Shown here piece after piece: positions 57,038-64,000 of a stretch of 64,000 bases of DNA (positions are counted from its first letter, which is position 1; each line of letters starts with the position of its first letter). A program made the position numbers and the translations under genes. The notes beneath the pieces are model-generated. The model was given only the letters and a program-made list of their open reading frames with translations, was not told the DNA's origin and ran no database searches. Origin of the DNA: Dehalococcoidia bacterium (GTDB taxonomy: Bacteria > Chloroflexota > Dehalococcoidia > Lucifugimonadales > CATOSD01). The stretch spans positions 3,510,032 to 3,574,031 of the forward strand of contig CBDHFB010000016.1 of assembly GCA_965262385.1 (NCBI GenBank), in the 5' to 3' direction.

Positions 57038-57850
57038 GGGCCTGTTCACACTAGGGGGTCTGGACATGTTATCATACATGTATGGAACTTACACAAGCTC
57101 ATTACCAACTCATCGAACCGTACCTACCCGTGCAGCGTGGCAATGTGACCATTCCAAACATACGGGTGCTCAACGCTATTCTGTACGTCGCAGAACACGG
57201 TTGCAAGTGGCGAGGGTTGCCGAGTCGTTTTGGCAACTGGCATACCGTCTACATGCGCATGAACCGTTGGGCCAAGAGCGGAGTGCTCGACCGAGTGTTC
57301 GAACAGCTTCAGCGAAAGGGCATTGTGAAGGTCACAATCGAGGTAGCTTCACTGGACAGCACCTCCGTCAAGGTGCATCCCGACGGCACGGGCGCGGCCA
57401 AAAAAACGGACCACAGTCCATCGGCAAGTCCCGAGGCGGATGGACGACCAAGCTTCATATGGTTGCCGCGGATGATCGGACACCCTTAGCGTTCTCGCTC
57501 TCTCCGGGCCAGGCCCACGATGGACCGGAGGGGCGCAAACTGCTCAACCGGCTGGGGCCACAACGAGGGAATCCGCCTCTGGTGATGGATCGCGCATATT
57601 CGGGCGACCAAACACGCCGATTGGCGTTCGATATGGGGTTCACGCCTGTTGTTCCACCCCTGAAAAGTCGCGTGAACCCTTGGGAGTATGACAAAGAACT
57701 GTACAAGAGGCGGAATGAAGTGGAGCGCCTGTTCCGTCGATTGAAGGGGTATCGAAGAGTATTCACGCGCTATGACAAGCTCGATGCGCTCTATGCCGGC
57801 TTTGTCTTGTTCGCAATCATCTTCGACGCTCTACGTAGTGTGAACAGCCC
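57038..57850 (+). mobile_element. IS5-family, IS427-group-like element (813 bp) with a CTA target duplication
   Basis: IRs gggcctgttcacacta (57038-57053) and tagtgtgaacagccc (57836-57850). CTA at 57035-57037 and 57851-57853. Confidence 0.75.
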
Positions 57851-57935
57851 CTATCTGCGACCCATATACAGGGTACCCACCCCCATCCAAAGCAAGGGGA
57901 TACTCGCTTGGCGCTCGACAGGCCCCTACGTATGA
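57082..57935 (+). CDS. IS5-family transposase OrfA-OrfB, joined by a -1 frameshift on A7 (57400-57406)
   Basis: OrfA is MELTQAHYQLIEPYLP...NAILYVAEHGCKWRGLP...GTGAAKK. OrfB is ...NGPQSIGKSRGGWTTKLHMV...MDRAYSGD...YKRRNEVERLFRRLKGYRRVFTRYDK. The OrfB frame has no stop inside the element and runs on to 57935. Confidence 0.75.
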
Positions 57936-58086
57936 TAAGAGATAGCGGGCGGAACTCGGCGCTGATCAGCTCGGTTTGGCGTGCTGGTGTTCTCGCCATT
58001 GACGCCGTTCCAGCAGTTCGGCGTGGTGACAGCGATCACGATCGCGGGCGCGCTGATTGCAGCCGTGCTGGTAGTTCCGCGGCGAT
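57915..58086 (+). pseudogene. C-terminal remnant of a second MMPL-type transporter gene
   Basis: ...IRDSGRNSALISS, then a frame change to RFGVLVFSPLTPFQQFGVVTAITIAGALIAAVLVVP. This aligns with IRTLATTGSALLGS...LGFAVLTLSPLQSFEQFGITAAITIAYALIVSILVVP of the intact gene. Confidence 0.5.
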
Positions 58087-58202
58087 GATCTTGTGTGTGG
58101 GCGTATCAGAACCTGCGACTGGGCGCCGCCGTGGAGCGAGCGTGAACCGAGCTCGGGGAGCAGCCATAGCCGGTCCCTCTCTGGCAGCGCTTGCCACCCC
58201 CC

Positions 58203-60725
58203 ATGGGCGAAGTGGAGAGGTGCGCCATAAATAGAGTACTCGACTGGCTGAGCCGGCTGGTAACGGTGCGCCCGTGGGCCACGCTTGTCGTCATCGCGAT
58301 CGTGACACTGGTGTTGGCCGCCGGGATTTCACAGCGCGCGCCGGTGGCGGACAACGAGGTCTTCCTCCCCGGGGACAGCGGCGTCGCCAGGGCGTTGGAG
58401 GAGATCGAGACCCTCTTCAGGGACTCCGATGTCGTCGTCGTAACGCTCGTCTTCCGTGGTGAAGTGCTCACGCCCGATGGACTCGCCCAGATGGACGGCT
58501 TGCTCGGCCGCATCGTTAGCGACCCTGGCGTTGGGGAACTCCTGCCGCCCGTCGACGCAGTCACCGCCCCTACGTTGCTGATGAAACCCCTGCTCCAGGT
58601 GAGCGACTTCGACTCGGTCACGCAGGCGCAGATCGATACGGCGCTTGACCATGCCCGGGCCACCCCGGAGCTCCAACCGGCGCGAACGGCACTCGACGTG
58701 ACGACCGGAACGGACACGGATGGCACGCGGATCACGGTCGCCACCGTCCGGCTGCGCGACACCAGCGACGAGGCCGTTGACGACGCGCAGCTGACGATCA
58801 ACGACCTGGCGGAGGCGGACGAGGGCCCGCTGAGCGTGCGCAGCGTGTCGCTCGCGGTGATTGAGGAGGAGTATCAGGAGGCCACGAGCACCGGCGTGCT
58901 GCCGCTGGTGGGGCTGGCGCTGCTCGTGATCGCGTTGCTGACGCTGCTCTTCATGCGCACGCTCTCCGACCCGTTGCTCACGCTGACGGGGCTCGTACTC
59001 GCGTTGATCTGGACCGTCGGGGCGGAGAGCTGGCTCGGTCCGGGCGCCTTGGATCTGATCGGCCCACCGAACGCGCTCACGGCAACGGTGCCGATCATCC
59101 TGATAGGCCTCGCGGTAGACTACTCGATCCAGGCGGTGTCGCACTACCGGGAGCAACGGATAGCCGGCGAGCCGGTGGGGGTAGCGGTGCTTGCGGGGCT
59201 GCGGAACGTCATCATCCCGCTGGCGCTGGCCGCCGCCACCACGATCGTGAGCTTCCTGGCGAACCTGCTCTCGCCGATCTCGGGGATCGGGGACTTCGGC
59301 GTGGTAGCGGGGCTGGGCATCGGGTTGAGTCTGATCGTGATGCTGACGGTGGTCCCAGCCGCGCGAACGATCATCGACCAGCGTCGCGAGGCCCGCGGAC
59401 CGCTTCCCCCGCCCCGTCCGATCGCAAATGCAATCCCCGGCGTCGACCGGCTAGCGGAAAGACTGGGGACATCCATCACGCGGAGGCCAGCGCCCTACCT
59501 CGTTCTCGTGGTTGCGATGACGGTCGGGCTCGGGTTCGCGGCCTCGGGGATCACCACGGACTTCACTATCCGCGACGTCCTGCCCAGGGACGGGAACTTG
59601 ATCGAGGACCTGAATTCGCTCGATGCCACCTTCGGAGGCTCAACGGAGGTTGTCAGCGTCCTGGTCAAAGCAGAGGTGACGGAGACGCACACGCTCCAGA
59701 ACCTGTTCTCCATGACGGAGGCGTTTGAGGACGACCTAAGCCGGCCACGGGCCGCGGATGGCGCAATGGAGGCTTCGCTCCCTCTGCTCGTGCTCGACTG
59801 GACCACGGACGACGGCACGCCAGGTGACAGGTACGACCCCGGGCTCGAGCGGCTGTTCGCGGAGGCGACAACGGGGCTGCATCTCGATCCGGCGCTGATT
59901 CAGAAGTTCCTTGATGCTCTCGCCGCCACCGATCCCGAAGCCGTGGCGCGGGTTCTGGTCGAGGACCCGGAGGGCATCGACACCACCCTGCTCCAGTTCC
60001 GGGCCTTCTCGGGCGATCCTGAGCGAACCGAGGGGATGATAGAGGACATTGACGGGCTGTGGATCGGCGACGACGACGCTATCGCGATGACATCGCAGGA
60101 CATCATCGTGCTCACCTCCTCGGACGAGATAAGGGATCGCCAGACAGAGGCGATCATCACGACGATCGCGGCAGCTCTCGGCATCCTCACGATCTTCTTC
60201 TGGATAACGCTGCGCCAGCCCGCACTGGGCTTCATCGCGGTAGGACCGATAGTGCTCGTCCTCATCTGGGTGCTGGGCACCATGGCGCTGCTGGGGATTC
60301 CCTACACGATCGTCACCTCGATCACCACGGCGCTCTCGATCGGGATCGGCGTGGACTACACGATCCACGTGATCCATCGCTACCGGGAAGAGTTCACCAA
60401 GCGGCGCAACCCGGAGGCGGCGGCGATCCGGACGCTCGCCACCACCGGCTCGGCTCTGCTGGGCTCGGCGCTGACGACAGCGCTCGGGTTCGCGGTGCTG
60501 ACGCTGTCGCCGCTGCAGTCATTCGAGCAGTTCGGCATCACGGCGGCGATCACGATCGCGTACGCGCTGATCGTCTCCATCCTGGTGGTGCCGGCCGCCA
60601 TGACGGTCTGGGGCGCCTACCAGAACATGCGGATGCGCTCGATGGTAGAGCGCCTGTGGAACGAGCTTGACGTCTTCATCGAGGACACGCACCGGCGCCA
60701 CGAGAAGGACCAAGGCTCGTCGTAG
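58203..60725 (+). CDS. MMPL/RND-superfamily membrane transporter (840 aa from ATG 58203)
   Basis: Two homologous halves. Each has a large soluble loop followed by a helix bundle, with the matching motifs GLAVDYSIQAVSHYRE and GIGVDYTIHVIHRYREE. Confidence 0.8.
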   Translation: MGEVERCAINRVLDWLSRLVTVRPWATLVVIAIVTLVLAAGISQRAPVADNEVFLPGDSGVARALEEIETLFRDSDVVVVTLVFRGEVLTPDGLAQMDGLLGRIVSDPGVGELLPPVDAVTAPTLLMKPLLQVSDFDSVTQAQIDTALDHARATPELQPARTALDVTTGTDTDGTRITVATVRLRDTSDEAVDDAQLTINDLAEADEGPLSVRSVSLAVIEEEYQEATSTGVLPLVGLALLVIALLTLLFMRTLSDPLLTLTGLVLALIWTVGAESWLGPGALDLIGPPNALTATVPIILIGLAVDYSIQAVSHYREQRIAGEPVGVAVLAGLRNVIIPLALAAATTIVSFLANLLSPISGIGDFGVVAGLGIGLSLIVMLTVVPAARTIIDQRREARGPLPPPRPIANAIPGVDRLAERLGTSITRRPAPYLVLVVAMTVGLGFAASGITTDFTIRDVLPRDGNLIEDLNSLDATFGGSTEVVSVLVKAEVTETHTLQNLFSMTEAFEDDLSRPRAADGAMEASLPLLVLDWTTDDGTPGDRYDPGLERLFAEATTGLHLDPALIQKFLDALAATDPEAVARVLVEDPEGIDTTLLQFRAFSGDPERTEGMIEDIDGLWIGDDDAIAMTSQDIIVLTSSDEIRDRQTEAIITTIAAALGILTIFFWITLRQPALGFIAVGPIVLVLIWVLGTMALLGIPYTIVTSITTALSIGIGVDYTIHVIHRYREEFTKRRNPEAAAIRTLATTGSALLGSALTTALGFAVLTLSPLQSFEQFGITAAITIAYALIVSILVVPAAMTVWGAYQNMRMRSMVERLWNELDVFIEDTHRRHEKDQGSS

Positions 60726-60824
60726 GACGGTTCCGAAGAGTTCGCGGTACGGTACGCTTAGGCCCACCAGCATCGCTATCGGAGGATCACCGCCCTTCTG
60801 AAGCATCGTGGTTGGGATGTTAAT

Positions 60825-61955
60825 GTGGTTGCCGACATTGAGCAGTGTGTGGCTCAATTACTCGCTCGACCGGACGGATCCTCAAAGATGACTGACCAGC
60901 AAGTACAGCTCCTTGCCAACCTTCTGGAACGCGCAATCGGCAGCGTGGTAGTGACTCACGACCGTTCAAAACAGCGGATCGACATACCAACGTACCAGCA
61001 AAAGCTGCTGTCGCACTGGAACCGCCACTGGCCGGACTTAGACCTGAACCATCCGCGTCACTTCACGCCCACGGTCACGAGCGACGAACTTCACGAGCAA
61101 CTGCTCGCTACAGTGAGTCGAGAACTGGAACAGCACGTGCGCGACGGCAGAGTTCAAACGGCTGCCATTGTGACTGTCGGGGGTACGGGCCGGGTTTCAC
61201 CTTGGTTGACTTGGTTAGGCGGTTGGTCGAAGTTGCCATCGGAAGAGGCCATTGGCATGCGGCGAGTGCTCTTTATCAGGGTGCTCAAGGCGCCGACGCC
61301 ACCTACCGTTACATAGTGTTGCTTACCGGAGTTCGGTTAGACCACGAATTGATTATCCGACCGGGTATTCGCATGGTTCCGATGCCCAACTCCACCGCTG
61401 AACTTCCCTCCTACTTCCCACATATGTCGTTTGTGGTAGACCAGACAGTTCGGCCGATATTCGCGGATCCCAAACCGCTGAGTCTCCCTGAAGACATGTT
61501 CCAGCGTCAACAAAGTTGCTCCGAACTACCAAACTTGGATGCAGACCAGTTCAGTGATGCACTGTCCTTGGCTAACAAAGGACCAATCGAGCGAGTAGCC
61601 GAATGGACCCATGTGGACCCAGACGCGATTTTCATCCCCCAGTGGCCTTACACGGGAGCAGTACGTTACTACCCCTTTACACTACGTCGGCGCGATTCTG
61701 TTCTGGCTACCGTGGATAGCGTGCAGGAGGCGGTCTCTCTTTACGAAACTCGAATGAGCCTCAGCTCAGGATTGGCTCAGATGCTTGAAGTGCCGATCAA
61801 GCGGTGGATAGAGTCTCAAACTGACCAATCACTGGTTGACGCGTTCATTGATCTGGGCATAGTTTTGGAATCCTTGTGCTTAGACGCAGGCCAGGAGTCC
61901 GAACTAGGCTTCACGTTGCGGCTTCGCTCGGGCTGGTTTCTTGGAAACAGCATTG
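60825..61955 (+). pseudogene. Hypothetical gene, frame broken near 61200 and 3'-truncated near 61955
   Basis: ORFs 60825-61316 and 61202-62038 overlap in different frames and read as one protein (...IVTVGGTGRVSP / LVDLVRRLVEVAIGRGH...). The sensible sequence ends at ...LRLRSGWFLGNSIDE. GC is visibly lower (31/60 in the line I counted, 61321-61380). Confidence 0.4.
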
Positions 61956-61959
61956 ACGA

Positions 61960-62830
61960 GTGTCAAGGGCGGAGGACATCTCCGACCACATGCTGCCCCT
62001 CTTCGTCAGACCCGCAGAGAAGCGCGCCCTCGACCTGATCTCCAACTGGCCCTGGATCGGCCTCGGCGAGCTCGCCGCACTCATGGGCGTCTCGCCCCAG
62101 AGGGCCTCCCAGGCCCTCATCCCGCTGGAGGGGTTCAGGGGTTCGGCCTCGCGGCGCGCATCCGGCACGGTGGCCGGCGACTGGCCCTCACCGATCGGGG
62201 CCTCTCCCTCCTCGCCCGCAGGGACCGCACCTCGGTCGGCGTGGCGAAACGGCGGTGGATCATCGCCCTCGAAGACCGGGATGGCCCCTTCGAGTGGCGC
62301 AACGTCACCGGCAGAAGGGACCGCCAACTGCTCAGGAACATCGAGCACACCGCCGCCGTCCACGGCTTCCTGGCCGCGCTCGCCGCGCAGGCCCCCCTGC
62401 TGGGCTGGGAGATCGTCCAGCTCGATCCGCTCCGGAGGGCCTCCCGCCACTTCCGGCACGACGACCGGATGCGCGCCGTCAACCCCGACGCCTTCGGCGT
62501 CCTGCGCAAGGGCGGGACCCAATGGGCCTTCTTCCTGGAGTGGGAGCGCCGCGCCGTGCGGCCCTCCACCATGTCGGACCGCCTCGCGCCCTATCTGCGC
62601 TACTACTCGTCTCACCGGCCCATCGACGACCACGGAACAAGGCCCGCCGTCCTGGTCGTCTTCGACGACGAGATCGCCCAGACCCACTTCCTGCGCGTGG
62701 CGCGGGAGGAGATGCGGGCCGAGCGGGTCACGGTCCCCCTGTGGGTCTCCCACAAGGGGGCAATAGACGCCCTGGGTCCCCGGGAAGCGCCTGGCGCACC
62801 CCCGGAGAGTGGGAGTCGACCCAGCCCCTC
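61960..62830 (+). pseudogene. Replication-relaxation family protein, frameshifted near 62130 (3' end approximate)
   Basis: An N-terminal wHTH (MLPLFVRPAEKRALDLISNWPWIGLGELAALMGVSPQRASQALIPLEG) lies in one frame. A second frame holds GLAARIRHGGRRLALTDRG...IEHTAAVHGFLAAL...NPDAFGVLRKGGTQWAFFLEWERRAV...LAPYLRYYSS. Confidence 0.6.
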
Positions 62831-63615
62831 CCGCCTTCATCCGCTCTGACGGTATCCGCCACACCCGGTCCTCCACGTCGATCTCGTCCCAGGTGGCGCC
62901 CCTTGCCTCACCGGAGCGCGCCGCCGTCAGGACCAGGAATCGACAGCACAGTTTGGCAGTCATGGAAGCCTGGGACGAATCTACGATCCGGAGACCCGCC
63001 CCGACTCCTGGTAGGGTAGGGCCCTGAGGCGTGCCTTCACCTTGGGCATGGGTGGTAGAGCGCCGTCTATGGCCTCCCCCGCGGGGTTGGTATCCATGAA
63101 GCCATGTGCCATCGCCCATCGGAAGACCGTCCTCATCCGCTGGCGCACCCGTCGGGCCGTCTCAGAACGGGTGGTCCAAATCGGGGTTAGAACTCGCAGC
63201 ACGGCGGACCTGTCTATCCTGTCCAGGGGCATGCTGCCCAGGGCCGGCATGGCGTGGCGAACCAGGGTCTGCATCCAACTTGCTATGTGCCTGGCGTTGC
63301 GCCAGCGGGGCCTGTTCGCCTCGTGTACGGTGGAGGCGGCTTCCCGAAGGTCGGCATCGCGGGGGCCCGCTCTTCGGCCAGGGGATCGCGGCCCTCGGCT
63401 ACCGCGGCCCGGTGATTTGCCGCCTCCTCACGAGCCTGGGCCAGGCTCACGGACGGATATCCGCCTAGGCCGAAATCGCGCCTTCGACTGTCGATTGTGA
63501 TGCTCAGGACCCAGGACTTGCGACGCGATTTGCTGATGAAGAGATGCAGGCCCCCGTCGTCCGAGTATCTACCCGGCCGCTTGAGAGCCCTGACCCGCGT
63601 TGCCGACAGTTCCAT
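62830..63615 (-). pseudogene. Second P4-type tyrosine integrase copy, frameshifted (~63350) and truncated inside the catalytic domain
   Basis: MELSATRVRALKRPGRYSDDGGLHLFISKSRRKSWVLSITIDSRRRDFGLG...PAMPTF, then a 1-nt deletion relative to copy 1 (accttc-gggaagc vs accttcagggaagc). It continues ...VLTPIWTTRSETARRVRQRM... and ...LVLTAARSGEARGATWDEIDVEDRVWRIPSERMKAG, then homology ends. Confidence 0.65.
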
Positions 63616-63737
63616 GGTGGCACCTTACGTCAAAGGTGATTGCCACAAGTATTACCACACTTGAGGAGGGATAGTAGAGGAACCTTAGGGCGTAACTGGG
63701 TACCGCTTCGCGGCCGTTCAGCTACAATATCGGGTGC

Positions 63738-64000
63738 CTATGGGACTTCTGGGGACAGTGCCGGATTACTCTGTGGTGGACTACCGTTTACGGAAGATAC
63801 CACCGAGCCGTTCAGAGGTATCTCCTGGACTTTTTTTCCTGGAATCAAGCTGTCGTCGGGCATTGGAACCGTGTAGCGGACGACGGCGTTGTCGGGCAGG
63901 AGCTCGATCTCTTTCACGAAGGTCTCGATGAAGGCCCTGCGTTCCGTGAGCTCGCTCTTTTGCAGGAACCTGCTCATGTCCTTGGCGTAGGCCGTGATCG
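63738..64000 (-). CDS. Large serine recombinase, C-terminal part (gene continues beyond the window)
   Basis: ...TITAYAKDMSRFLQKSELTERRAFIETFVKEIELLPDNAVVRYTVPMPDD...LNGSVVSSV aligns with the C-terminal region of the recombinase at 13300-14964. Confidence 0.75.
   Translation of the reverse strand, partial: ITAYAKDMSRFLQKSELTERRAFIETFVKEIELLPDNAVVRYTVPMPDDSLIPGKKVQEIPLNGSVVSSVNGSPPQSNPALSPEVP

Noticed and set aside
58106-60377. Several 200-275-aa minus-strand ORFs
   Set aside because: They are antisense to the MMPL transporter gene.
61911-63119. 402-aa minus-strand ORF
   Set aside because: It is a chimera. Its upstream part (62830-63119) is genuine integrase sequence (…LVLTAARSGEARGATWDEIDVEDRVWRIPSERMKAG), and the rest is antisense to the replication-relaxation gene.

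Overview
GC-rich bacterial accessory DNA. I cannot assign a taxon by eye. All calls come from manual reading of the sequence and ORF track, with no searches run. The window has four blocks.
(1) 1-13.4 kb is saturated with insertion sequences. Two IS1182-family copies sit in the same codon pair at the 3' ends of two paralogous large-serine-recombinase genes. One of these copies carries an IS110-family element in each of its terminal repeats, and the other copy supplies the empty sites. This block also holds an IS1380-family element with a frameshifted transposase, a 0.4-kb remnant of a second copy, and a few membrane or lipoprotein genes.
(2) 13.3-23.4 kb is the backbone of a serine-recombinase mobile element. 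It has an RHH-recombinase operon and about 2.6 kb of ORF-poor DNA dense with short repeats. It also carries a Cys/His membrane protein, a 4xHTH protein and an SNF2-type helicase.
(3) 24.4-44.2 kb is one uninterrupted 6595-aa ORF. It encodes a signal peptide, cadherin-like domains and a PQQ-sugar-dehydrogenase-type beta-propeller. These are followed by 48 tandem ~111-aa repeats (manual count) with multi-kb near-identical higher-order duplications, three He_PIG-like modules and a C-terminal membrane anchor.
(4) 44.2-64 kb is a decayed island bracketed by two inverted, broken P4-type integrase modules. Within it are IS1182-like, split IS21, IS5 and IS427-type elements. An intact NRPS-like A-T-R reductase and a methyltransferase are separated by the IS5. 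An MMPL transporter and many frameshifted or truncated genes complete the block.
A second serine recombinase gene runs off the right edge. I found no rRNA, tRNA or CRISPR array.
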